From contig CAWBWI010000004.1 of NCBI GenBank assembly GCA_963792585.1, positions 1 to 64,000 on the forward strand: 64,000 nt of DNA, in the 5' to 3' direction. Shown piece by piece: positions 46,421 to 56,594 of this stretch. Positions within the stretch are counted from its first letter, which is position 1; each line of letters starts with the position of its first letter. The DNA is from Candidatus Eiseniibacteriota bacterium. GTDB lineage: Bacteria > Eisenbacteria > RBG-16-71-46 > CAIMUX01 > VGJL01. Below the pieces are notes generated by a model that had not been told where the DNA came from, searched no databases, and was given only the letters and a program-made list of their open reading frames with translations. A program made the position numbers and the translations under genes.

Positions 46421-46882
46421 TCAGAGGTCGAGTAGCCGGGCAGGTACGGGAAGGATCCGAACCGTGCCGCCCCATGCGGGGAGATCGGTCGCGCCGACGA
46501 CGTCTTCCGCCCGGTAGTCGCCGCCCTTGACCAGGACGTGCGGGCGGACCCGGAGGATCAGGTCCCGAGGCGTGTCCTCTTCGAAGAGGACGACGGCATC
46601 GACGCACCGGAGGGCCCCAAGGACCCCGGCGCGGCCTTCCTGCCCGATCAGGGGTCGGCCGGGCCCCTTGAGCCGGCGGACGCTCGCGTCCGTGTTCAGA
46701 CCGACGATCAGGCGATCGCCCAGGGAGCGGGCCTCGGTCAGGTAGGCGACGTGGCCGGGGTGGATCAGATCGAAGCAGCCGTTCGTGAAGACCAACCGGA
46801 GCCCTGCGCCGCGCGACTCCGTCAGGAAACGGTCCAAGCCGGCGCCATCGAGCAACGGGGCGGGAGGCGACGCCTCAATCAT
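46421..46882 (-). CDS. rfaE2: D-glycero-beta-D-manno-heptose 1-phosphate adenylyltransferase
   Basis: VFTNGCFDLIHPGH, GLNTDASVRRLKG, LVKGGDY. Confidence 0.93.
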   Translation of the reverse strand: MIEASPPAPLLDGAGLDRFLTESRGAGLRLVFTNGCFDLIHPGHVAYLTEARSLGDRLIVGLNTDASVRRLKGPGRPLIGQEGRAGVLGALRCVDAVVLFEEDTPRDLILRVRPHVLVKGGDYRAEDVVGATDLPAWGGTVRILPVPARLLDL

Positions 46883-47870
46883 CGGCGTGCTGGGCGAGCG
46901 AGATCGCGGATCTGCTCGCGCGTGGCCGTCGAGGTCCCGACCTCGCGGACGACGATCCCGGCCGCGTGATCGGCTAGCAGGGCGGCCTGCCGCAGAGAGG
47001 CTCCCGCGGCCGCCGCCATCGTGAAGGTCGAGACGACCGTGTCGCCTGCGCCGGTGACGTCGAAGACCTCGGTCGCAACGGCCGGGTAGTGGGTCATGGT
47101 GCCGTCGTCCTCGAACAGACGTCATCCCGTCCTCACCCTGCGTGATCAGGATGCTCTTCGCGCCGAGCTTCTCCAGGAGGCTCCCGCCCGCCTCACGCAG
47201 CGTCTCTGGATCCCGGATCCTGCGGCCGTAGGCGGCGCCGGCCTCGGCGAGGTTCGGGGTGAGGACCGTCACGCCCTGGTAGGCGAAGAAGTGCGTTTCC
47301 TTCGGGTCGACGCAGACCGGAATCCCCCGTCGATGCGTCGCCTCGAGGAGATCTCGGAGAAGGGAGGCCACGATCATCCCCTTGCCGTAGTCGGAGATGA
47401 CGACGGCCGCCGCCCCGCGGACCGCGGTCAGCACCGCATCGCGAACCCGTTCGAGCGCGGCGCCCTCGATCTCGCGCGATGTCCTCCCTGTCCACGCGGA
47501 CCACCTGCTGGTGACGGGCAACGACCCGCGTCTTGGTCGTGGTGCGCCGGCTCGTGTCCGTGAAGATCCGGTCGGCGGCGATCCCGTTGCCGGCGATCTC
47601 GCGCCGCAGGTCCTGTCCCGCGCTGTCGTCACCCACGATGCCGACCAGCCACGGACGACCGCCGAGCGCGCGGACATTCCTCGCGACATTGGCGGCCCCG
47701 CCGAGGCGACACGTCTCCTCCCGGGCCTCGATCACCGGCACGGGCGCCTCCGGCGAAATGCGGCTCGTGTCCCCCCACAGATAGCGATCGAGCATGACGT
47801 CGCCCAGAACGAGGACGGGCAGCCCGTCCATGGAGTCGAGAACCCTTCCGGCCTGTTCGATTTCGCTCAT
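46879..47870 (-). CDS. rfaE1: D-glycero-beta-D-manno-heptose-7-phosphate kinase (frameshifted)
   Basis: GDVMLDRY, RISPEAPVPV, GGAANVA, SDYGKG, DVTGAGDTV. Confidence 0.94.
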
Positions 47871-47877
47871 GGGCGGC

Positions 47878-47906
47878 ATTGTAAGGGAGCCGCCGAGGCG
47901 TGTCGA
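47878..47906 (-). promoter_or_regulatory. sigma70-type promoter, probably giving a leaderless rfaE1 mRNA
   Basis: TCGACA-N17-TACAAT, then 7 nt, then ATG, with no SD. Confidence 0.6.
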
Positions 47907-48581
47907 TCAGCGCTTCGGCATCCCCGGTCCACCGTGGAGCAACAGGAGCTTGCGAATGACGGCGTCCTTCCCGCGCTCCACGCGCACGAGATAGACCCCC
48001 GAGGCCAATCGCGCGGGGATTGCGATGCGAACCTGCGTCTCCCCTCGGGGGATGGCGAGGTTCCTCGTGTACCGTGAGCGTCCCGTGGCTGCCTCGATCA
48101 GGCTGATCCGGATCTCGCCCGCGTGATCGGCGCCGATCCGCATCTCGAAGCTGCCCTCGGTCGGATTCGGCATGGGCTGGGAGACGCCGAGCCCCGGAGG
48201 CGATGCTGACGGCGCACACGCGAGCCCGGGGACGTCGTTCGGCACGACCCGCACCGGCCCCGCCGAAGAGGCGACGAAGGTGATGTCCCCTTCCGGACTC
48301 GGATGGGCACCGAGCAACACGGCGCAACCTTGGACGTAGACGTCGTACGTTGTGCGGGGATTCAGACCGAAGACACTGTGCCGGATCTCAGCCCGTGCGA
48401 TGGATGGCAGGATTGCCATGATGATGAAGATGAGTGCGGCGAGACGGAATCGAACAAGCCAGAGCGGATCCCTCCACTCCCCCAAGATGTCACCCCCAGA
48501 TGCCCCTTCGGATCCAAGATGTCTTGCACCGCGGACTATGCCGGGGTGACGGAGGAGTGTCGAGGGAATCGTGTCGAACAC
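47907..48581 (-). CDS. Small exported protein with a T9SS type-A-like C-terminal sorting domain (start uncertain)
   Basis: Hydrophobic signal ending in ARA; C-terminus QPMPNPTEG...ISLIEAATGR...LASGVYLVRV...IRKLLLLH. Confidence 0.72.
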   Translation of the reverse strand: MFDTIPSTLLRHPGIVRGARHLGSEGASGGDILGEWRDPLWLVRFRLAALIFIIMAILPSIARAEIRHSVFGLNPRTTYDVYVQGCAVLLGAHPSPEGDITFVASSAGPVRVVPNDVPGLACAPSASPPGLGVSQPMPNPTEGSFEMRIGADHAGEIRISLIEAATGRSRYTRNLAIPRGETQVRIAIPARLASGVYLVRVERGKDAVIRKLLLLHGGPGMPKR

Positions 48582-48644
48582 GCAATGAAAGATTCCACTG
48601 CTGTGGATATGCTGCGCTCACACCGGACCTGTCTGTGAATTCGA

Positions 48645-49342
48645 TCACTTCAACAGTTTCGAGGCGCGGAACGAGTAGAAGGTCCCGTCGCCGAGGACCA
48701 CATGGTCGACGATCGGAATTCCCATCAGGTCTCCGACCTCCGCGAGGCGCATCGTGATCTCGATGTCGTCATCGCTCGGAGTCGGATCGCCGGATGGATG
48801 ATTGTGCACCAGGATCAGCGAGGCCGACGTCTCCAGGATCGCGCTGCGGAAGACTTCGCGCGGGTGGACGATGCTCGCCGAGAGACTCCCTACGGAGACC
48901 AGTTCCTCGCGCACGACCACGTGACGCGTGTTGAGATGGAGCGCCAGGAAGTGCTCCTTGCGCGCGGCGACGTAGGTCCGGCATCGCTCGTGGATGTCCT
49001 CGGGCCCGCGGATCGGACGGTCTCCGGGACCGGTTCGACACCAGATGCGCCTGCCGAGCTCGATCGCGGCGAGGACACGACATGCCTGGGCCGGTCCGAA
49101 CGACGGGGCATGGAGGAGACGACGTCGGCGGTCGCGTGCGCCAGACACCGCGAGCCCGCCGTCGTCGAGCAGACGGCCCGCCATGTCGCCGACGCGGCGG
49201 CTCGCCGTCCCGGAACCGAGGATGGCCGCCAGGAGATCGGCGTCGCTGGCCGCGCGCGGTCCCTGTTCGAGGATCCGCTCCCGCGGGCCGGGGAGCCGCC
49301 TCCGGTCGAGCCGCTGCTCGTAGATGTCCGATCGGATCGCCA
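48645..49342 (-). CDS. radC: RadC/JAB domain protein
   Basis: PRERIL..G, SDADLLAAILGSG, SIVHPREVF, HNHPSGDPTPSDDD, DHVV. Confidence 0.93.
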
Positions 49343-49399
49343 TCGTCCTCCCTTCGCCGCACGGAACCGCGGCGGAGTGGACGGTGGCAAGTCGCATGC

Positions 49400-50338
49400 C
49401 TCAGACGGCCGGTACTCTTCTCCCCGATCAGGGCCTCGGCGAACGCATCGGCATCGAAGTCCTCGAGATCCTCGATCCCCTCCCCGAGGCCGACGTAGCG
49501 GACCGGCAGACCGCGTCTCGCGCGCGATCGCCAGAACGACTCCCCCCTTGGCCGTACCGTCGAGCTTCGCGAGAACGAGACCCGTCACGCCGGCCGGCCT
49601 GGAGGAACTCCCGGGCCTGCGCGAGCCCGTTCTGCCCGATCGTCGCGTCGAGGACGAGCAATACCTCGTGGGGCGCGCCGGGAAGGGCGCGTCCCGCCGA
49701 CGCGACGGATCTTGGTCAAGCTCCTCCATCAGGTTTCCCTTCGCGTGGAGTCGGCCCGCCGTGTCGACGATGACGACCTTCATCCCCCGCGAGATCCCGG
49801 CCTGGATCCCGTCGAACGCGACGCTGGCGGGATCGGCGCCCGGCGCGGAGCGGACGATCTCGGCGCCGGAGCGCGAGGCCCAGATCGCGAGTTGCTCGCA
49901 CGCCGCGGCACGGAAGGTATCGGCGGCGACGATGAGCGTCGCCTCGCCCGCGTGGACGCACCGGTGGGCGAGCTTTCCGATCGTGGTCGTCTTCCCGACG
50001 CCGTTGACCCCACAGACGAGAATGACGCGCGGCCCGGAATCAGGAGCCGGGGGCGCGGGCGCGATCGCCCCGCGCAACGTCTCGGCGGCCACCTCGCGAA
50101 GGAGATCCGGGATGCGCGCGGCGTCTTCGATCCTCTCGTCCGCGACCTTCTTCTTCAGCGCGCCGAGCAGATACTCCGTCGTCCCGATCCCGACGTCTCC
50201 CCGAAGGAGCACCTCCTCCAGCTCGTCGTATAGCTCGGCGGAGATCTGCGGTCGCGCGCGCACCGCCTGCTGGATTCCCTCGGCCACGACCTGGCGCGAC
50301 TTGCGAAGTCCGTCCGCGATCTTGCGAAAGAAACTCAA
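49400..50338 (-). CDS. ftsY: SRP receptor FtsY (frameshifted; end approximate)
   Basis: [38 protein letters not shown]. Confidence 0.96.
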
Positions 50339-50339
50339 T

Positions 50340-51086
50340 TCCCCTCCAGGAAAGCCAGCCGGCCGCCGTTGATGGCAATCGTCCCGAGTTCGCGCGTGAG
50401 GATCAGCTCGCCGGCCTGGCCCGAGACCGGTGGCTCCCCCACGAACTTCCTCCCCCGTTGGAAGAAGCACCGTCACCTCGCGGCCGCGCGCGAGGGATCG
50501 TTCCCATACCGCGGGGAGCAGTTGCTTCGGCCCGTCCGCCTCGAAGTGATCCAGGAGGGTCCCCAGCGCGTCGAGAAGCGTGTCGAGGAACTTCCTGCCG
50601 GTCGATCGGGGGCAACTCGCGACGGCGGCGCTCGATCGCGATCGAGGTCGCGGTGGATCGAAGCGCCGTGGAGAAGTCGCTCTCACCGTGGAGGATGTTC
50701 ACCCCCATCCCGATCACGAGCGCACCGGAATCGGCATCGGCGAGGATGCCCGCGACCTTCCGCCCGGAGAGCCAGACGTCGTTCGGCCACTTGATTCCCG
50801 CGTCGATCCCCGCCTGATCGCACGCCAGCGCGACCCCAAGCGCGGCGAGCGCGGTCGCAGCGGGCCACTCCGCGGAGGGTCGCCGCGTGCGGTGGATCAG
50901 GCTCATCCAGAGACCGAGACCCGCCGCGGATTCCCACCGTCTGCCGTCGCGACCGAGCCCCTCGGTCTGCTCGTTGGCGAGGATGACGGTCCCCGTCCGG
51001 CATCCCGCGCGGGATTGCGCGCGGGCGACCTCTTGCGTGGAGACGACCCGCGGAACACGCACGATGTCGAATACGCGCCCGGTCAT
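50340..51086 (-). CDS. birA: Biotin-[acetyl-CoA-carboxylase] ligase (frameshifted; end approximate)
   Basis: STQ, QTEGLGRDGRRWES, IKWPNDV, RKVAGIL, IGMGVN. Confidence 0.92.
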
Positions 51087-52025
51087 CCCTGGACGGCCTC
51101 GAGGTCCATGGCGATGTCCAGCGCCGCCGCCGAGTGCGTGAGCGCGCCGACCGCGAGGAAATCGACACCAGGCAGAGCGTAGAAGCGCGCGGTCTCGAGC
51201 GTGATCCCGCCGGAGACCTCGATCTGGATCAGGCCGTCGCCCGGCCGCCAGGTTCCGGAGATCCAGCCGGGACTCGTCGGGCGTCGGAGCGATCCTGCGC
51301 TCGATCGCGCGGATCACGCCGACGCAGATCTCGACCATGTTCGACGGCATCATGTTGTCGAGCAGGATCCGGCCGACATCCATCTCGGCCGCCTCGCCCG
51401 CCTCGCGAGGTTGCGCGCCTCGACGATGATCGGGACTCCCGGCGCGGCCGCGCGCGCGGCCGCGATCGGCCTGGGCGATCGCCCCGCATCGCATCGATGT
51501 GGTTGTCCTTGATCATGACCGCGTCGTAGAGGCCGAGGCGGTGGTTCACTCCGCCCGCCGTCGAGCACCGCCGTCTTCTCGAGCAGCCGCAGCCCGGGCG
51601 TCGTCTTGCGCGTGTCGGTGATCCGCGTCGCCGTCCCTTCGACCGCCTCGACGAACCGGGCCGTGAGGGTCGCGATCCCGGACAGATGCTGGAGGAAATT
51701 CAGGACGGATCGCTCGGCCGTCAGAGAGGCTGCGGCGTGGCCCCGCTCGCGCGCAGGATCGTCTCCCCCTCCGGAACGGAGCTCCCCCCTCGCAGCGGAC
51801 TTCCACCTCGATCCCAGGGTCGAGGCCGTTGAAGACCTCCGCGCCACGCCCAGACCGCTCAGGATCCCGGGTTCGCGCGCGCGCACGACCGCCACGGCGC
51901 GGGCATCCCCGGGGATCAAGGCCGCCGGTCAGGTCCCCCTCCCCCACGTCCTCGAGGATCGCGAGCCGGGCGAGCGCATCGTCGACCACCATCAGGTCGG
52001 ATTCCGGCTTCATCGGCTCTTCCAT
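51083..52025 (-). CDS. nadC: Nicotinate-nucleotide diphosphorylase (carboxylating), frameshifted
   Basis: [49 protein letters not shown]. Confidence 0.95.
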
Positions 52026-54026
52026 CAGATCCACCCTTGCATCTCGAGGATCCGATCGCGGATCGAAGCGGCGCGCTCGTACTCGATCCGATCGGCGGCC
52101 GCCTTCATCTCCCGCGTCAGCATCTCGACGATCTCTTCCTTCGACATTCCCGCCGGATCGACGTCGACCGGCTCGGCCTCGGCCTTGGCATCGCGTCGGC
52201 GACGCTAGGTCTGCGAGCAGGATCTCGTCGACGGTCTTCTCGATCGTCCGCGGCGTGATCCCGTGCTCGACGTTGTAGCGAGTCTGCTTCGCGCGCCGCC
52301 GTCCGTCTCACGCAGCGCCCCGCGCCATCGAGGGCGTGACCTTGTCGGCGTAGAGGATCGACCAGACCGCGCACGTTGCGCGCCGCGCGGCCCGCGGTCT
52401 GGATCAGCGAGCGCTCCGACGCGGAGGAATCCCTCCTTGTCGGCATCCAGGATCGCGACGAGGGAGACCTCCGGCAGGTCGAGCCCCTCGCGCAGGAGGT
52501 TGATCCCGACCAGGACGTCGAACTTGCCCAGCCGAAGCCCGCGCAGGATCTCCATCCGTCTCGATCGTGTTGACGTCGGAGTGGATGTAGCGGACGCGGA
52601 TCGCCGGCCTCGGTCAGGTAGTCGGTCAGGTCCTCGGCCATCCGCTTCGTGAGGGTCGTGACGAGGATCCGTTCGCCCGACCGCCGTCCGCTTGCGGATC
52701 TCCTCCATCAGATCGTCGATCTGCCCCTCGATCGGGCCGGACCACGATCTCGGGATCGACGAGGCCGGTCGGCCGGATCACCTGCTCGACGAAGACCCCG
52801 CCCGACCGCTCCAGCTCGTAATCGGCCGGCGTCGCCGACACGTAGACGACCTGTCCCGACCATCTCCTCCCACTCGTCGAAGCGCAGCGGGCGGTTGTCG
52901 AGCGCCGACGGGAGCCGGAAGCCGATAGTCGACCAGCGTCTGCTTGCGCGAGCGGTCGCCTTCGTACATCCCGCCGATCTGCGGGACGTGACGTGGCTCT
53001 CGTCGACGAAGGTCAGGTAGTCCTTCGGGAAGTAGTCGAGCAGGCAGGTCGGCCGCGAGCCGGGGGCGCGGCCGGCCAGGTGGCGCGAGTAGTTCTCGAT
53101 GCCGTTGCAGAAGCCCATCTCGCGCAGCATCTCGAGGTCGTAGCGCGTCCGCATCTTGAGCCGCTGCGCCTCGAGGAGCTTCCCCTCGCGCCTCGAGGTC
53201 GCGCCAGCCGCTCGTCCGAGCTCCGCCTCGATTCCCGTCGATCGCGCGCTTCGAGCCGTCGTGCGGGCGTGGCGAAGTGCGAGGCGGGAAAGATCGAGAT
53301 CTTCTCGAGCTGCCGCTTCGACCGCTTGCCCGTCATCGGGTCGATCGCGGAGATCCTCTCGACCGTGTCGCCGAAGAGCTCGATCCGGATACGCCTCCTC
53401 TTCGTGGGATGGGAAGACCTCGATCACGTCGCCCGCGGACGCGGAACTTGCCGCGGGCGAACTCGACGTCGTTGCGGGCGTACTGGATCGCCACGAGCTT
53501 GCCCAGGATCTCCTCGCGCGGAGATCTCCTCCCCGACGCGCGACCTGGACGCGTCTGCGCCAGGAAGTCCTCGGGCGCGCCGAGACCGTAGATGCAGGAG
53601 ACGGAGGCGACGATGATGACGTCGCGCCGCGAGAGGAGGATCGAGGTCGCGTGCAGGCGCAGGCGGTCGATGTCCTCGTTGATCGACGCGTCCTTCTCGA
53701 TGTAGGTGTCGCGTCGACGGCACGTAGGCCTCGGGCTGGTAGTAGTCGTAGTAGGAGACGAAGTAGCCGACCGCGTTCTCGGGGAAGATAGGAGCGGAAC
53801 TCGCCGTAGAGCTGGGCCGCCAGGGTCTTGTTGTGCGAGAGGATCAGGGTCGGGCGGTTCAGCGCGGGCGATCACGTTCGCCATCGTGAAGGTCTTGCCC
53901 GAGCCGGTGACGCCGAGCAGGGTCTGGTAACGATCGCCGGCGTCGAGCGCCGACGACGAGTTGTTCGATCGCCTCGGGCTGGTCTCCCTTCGGCTCGTAC
54001 TTCGAGACGAGCCGGAATCGGTCCAT
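52025..54026 (-). CDS. uvrB: Excinuclease ABC subunit B (heavily frameshifted)
   Basis: [64 protein letters not shown]. Confidence 0.96.
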
Positions 54027-54060
54027 GGGGGGGAGTGTAGCGGATGGGGCCGGGGATGGT

Positions 54061-56013
54061 TCACTCCGAGGTTCGATAGGGGCGCCCCGCCGCGAAGAGA
54101 TCCCGATAGGCGAGGTAAGATCCCACGACCTCCGTTCGTCCGCCGGCGCGGGCCCGTTCGATCGCCCGGTCGATCGTCGTCAGGGCGGGATCGAACCGAC
54201 CCGCCTCCGCATACGCTACGGCCAGGGTGCGGAGGAATGTGGGATCCTGTCCTCCCGTGGCGGCGCAGGCCCGCTCCGCGAGCCGGACCGCCTCGGTCCC
54301 GTCCCGCAGCGCATCGTCCGGGCTGGTCGCGAGGAGCCACGCCAGGAGGTTCATCGTCGAAGCATCCTCGGGCTCGAGCCGCAACGCCGCGCGAAGCTCC
54401 GTCGCCGCCGCACGCGCGTCGCCCGCGCGACCATGAGCGAAGCCCAGATTCCGGTGGGCCGATGCGTACCCCGGATCCAGCGCGATCGCCTTCCGGTAGC
54501 AATCCATCGCGGCCGCGACCTCGTCCTGGAGCATCAGGACATTCCCCAAATTGTTCGACGCCTCGGCGTAGTCCGGGCGGATCCGAAGGGCCTCCTCGAA
54601 GCTCCGGCGGGCGCCATCGAGGTCCCCCGCTCGGGCGAGCATCGTCGCCAGGTTGAAGTGGGAGCTTTCGAGATCGGGACGGATCTCGACCGCCTTGCGG
54701 TACTGGGCGATGGCCCGATCGACCTCTCCGCGGGCCTCGTAGACCATCCCCAAATTGTGCTGCGCCATCCAGCATCCCGGATTTCGCGCGATCGTGTCGC
54801 GCCAGAGGGTCTCGAGACCCTCGTAGGCATGGCATCGCCGAGACGTCGCGCCGCCGAGGAGCAGGAGCGCGGCCCCGAGTCCCGCGAGGGCCGCCGCGCG
54901 GACCGGCGGACGGCGCCCGATCGCGGAGAGGCCGCGCGAGGCCCCCGCCGCGGCGAGGGCGATCAGGCCGCTGGACGCGAGGTACTGGAAGTGATCGGCG
55001 ACGTACGAGTATCGCATAGGGTAGACGTCGAAGAAGCCCAGGGCCGGCGTCAGCGTTCCGACGAAGAACAGGACGGCCACAAGCGGCGCGGCTCCCAAGC
55101 GCCGTCGACCGCGCCATAGGGCGACGATCGTCGCGACGGCCGCGAGGGGGAACATCCACTGCGCGAGCTCTCCGGGCGCGATCCTCCATCGCGGGTAGAT
55201 GAACGTCAGATCGCTCGGCCAGACCAGTTTCGAGGCGTAGAACCAGACCGCGCGCCCCGCCACGAGGATCCGCCCGGGAAACGAGAGGGACCAGTCCTCC
55301 CCCTGCGCCCCCACATGGTAGCGCTCCATCCACGCGGTGCCGGAGCCGAAGAGGACGCCGAGCGCGAAGAACGGCAGGAGGGCGAGCGCGTCCGCGCGGG
55401 TGGGTCGGCCCCGCTTCCAGATCCCGAGCAGCAGGAGCGACGCAGGCAGCGTCGCCGTGACGGTCTTCGAGAGAAGGGCGCAAAGGAAGAGCCCGATCGA
55501 GAGGAGATACCAGCGCCGCCGGTGGATCTCCCGAACCTCTCCCCTTTCGGCGGGCGCGAAGCGGAAGAAGGCGAGCATCGCGAGCAGGTAGAAGAAACCC
55601 GAGAGAACGTTCTTGCGCTCCGTGATCCAGGCGACGGATTCCACGTGGACAGGGTGGAGGGCGAACAGCGCGCCGGCGAGCCACGCCCCCGGAACGCGAA
55701 GCCTGCGCAGGACCGCGACGAGCAGCAGGGAAACCGTAGCGTGAAGCAGGACGTTGACCAGGTGGTAGCCGAACGGCCGAAGCCCCCAGAGCCGGTACTC
55801 GATCCAGAAAGTCGTGTGGACCAGGGGGTAGTACTGCGGCACGGAGCCCGGCTGGAACCAGATCTGCGCAAGGCCGCCCGGCGAGCGCAGGGTCTGGTTG
55901 TTGACCACGTAATCGTCGTCGTCCCAGACGAAGCCGCCACGCATGGCGGGCAGGTAGGCTGCGAGGACGGCGAGAACGAGGAGGGCGATCGTGAGCAGAT
56001 TCTTCTTCGGCAT
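54061..56013 (-). CDS. TMTC-like GT-C membrane protein with C-terminal TPRs (putative protein glycosyltransferase)
   Basis: GFVWDDDDYV loop, YYPL, LFALHPVHVESVAWITERKN, LLSK, ADHFQY, then TPR repeats. Confidence 0.8.
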   Translation of the reverse strand: MPKKNLLTIALLVLAVLAAYLPAMRGGFVWDDDDYVVNNQTLRSPGGLAQIWFQPGSVPQYYPLVHTTFWIEYRLWGLRPFGYHLVNVLLHATVSLLLVAVLRRLRVPGAWLAGALFALHPVHVESVAWITERKNVLSGFFYLLAMLAFFRFAPAERGEVREIHRRRWYLLSIGLFLCALLSKTVTATLPASLLLLGIWKRGRPTRADALALLPFFALGVLFGSGTAWMERYHVGAQGEDWSLSFPGRILVAGRAVWFYASKLVWPSDLTFIYPRWRIAPGELAQWMFPLAAVATIVALWRGRRRLGAAPLVAVLFFVGTLTPALGFFDVYPMRYSYVADHFQYLASSGLIALAAAGASRGLSAIGRRPPVRAAALAGLGAALLLLGGATSRRCHAYEGLETLWRDTIARNPGCWMAQHNLGMVYEARGEVDRAIAQYRKAVEIRPDLESSHFNLATMLARAGDLDGARRSFEEALRIRPDYAEASNNLGNVLMLQDEVAAAMDCYRKAIALDPGYASAHRNLGFAHGRAGDARAAATELRAALRLEPEDASTMNLLAWLLATSPDDALRDGTEAVRLAERACAATGGQDPTFLRTLAVAYAEAGRFDPALTTIDRAIERARAGGRTEVVGSYLAYRDLFAAGRPYRTSE

Positions 56014-56098
56014 CGCACCTCCGGAACCATCCTTCGGCGGTCCGCGCCCTGGGTCTTCGTTCAAACGGCGCGAACCGTTCCTTCTGAAGCGTCCGAAG

Positions 56099-56584
56099 CT
56101 ATCTCGAGACCCGCACCCGGTACGTCAGAACCGTCTCCCCGTCCGGATCGACCTCGACCAGCCACTCCGCGGTGGTCGCGTCCTGCTTCCGCGACGGTAG
56201 GCTCGTGGCCACGATCGTCCATTCGCCCGCGAATCGGTCTCGGGCGACGATCGTCACCTTCTCCTTCTTGTGATTGCGGAACTTCACTTCGGTCGTCTGC
56301 TCCCAGACGCGATCGGAGATCCGGTTGCGAGCCTGCACCGTCCTTTCCGGGACGATGTCGAATGCATTGCCGAGGAACAATCGGACCTTCTCGTCCTTCG
56401 GCGTGTGGTCGATCCGGGCGTCCACGTCGGCCACCGACACGTCCCCGCCGCCGGCCGGCGGCTCGATCTCGCGCACATCCCGGACCAGGCCGAGATCGTC
56501 GCCGTAGACGGTGATCTGAACCTCGCGCCCGACGGCCACGCCCGCCACCAAAAGGGCGACCGCGAGAGCGAGCAGCGGCTTCAT
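56099..56584 (-). CDS. Internally deleted paralog of the adjacent DUF4139 gene
   Basis: N- and C-terminal segments align with 56595..57944; the central 287 codons are missing in frame. Confidence 0.8.
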   Translation of the reverse strand: MKPLLALAVALLVAGVAVGREVQITVYGDDLGLVRDVREIEPPAGGGDVSVADVDARIDHTPKDEKVRLFLGNAFDIVPERTVQARNRISDRVWEQTTEVKFRNHKKEKVTIVARDRFAGEWTIVATSLPSRKQDATTAEWLVEVDPDGETVLTYRVRVSR

Positions 56585-56594
56585 GCTTCGCCGC

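Noticed and set aside
46421..47689. Fused bifunctional HldE
   Set aside because: The kinase frame ends in TGA at 46879 overlapping the ATG of the transferase, so these are two genes.
48645..49342. radC as a marker of a mobile element or anti-defence island
   Set aside because: Full-length chromosomal-type RadC among housekeeping genes, with no integrase, repeats or att sites seen.
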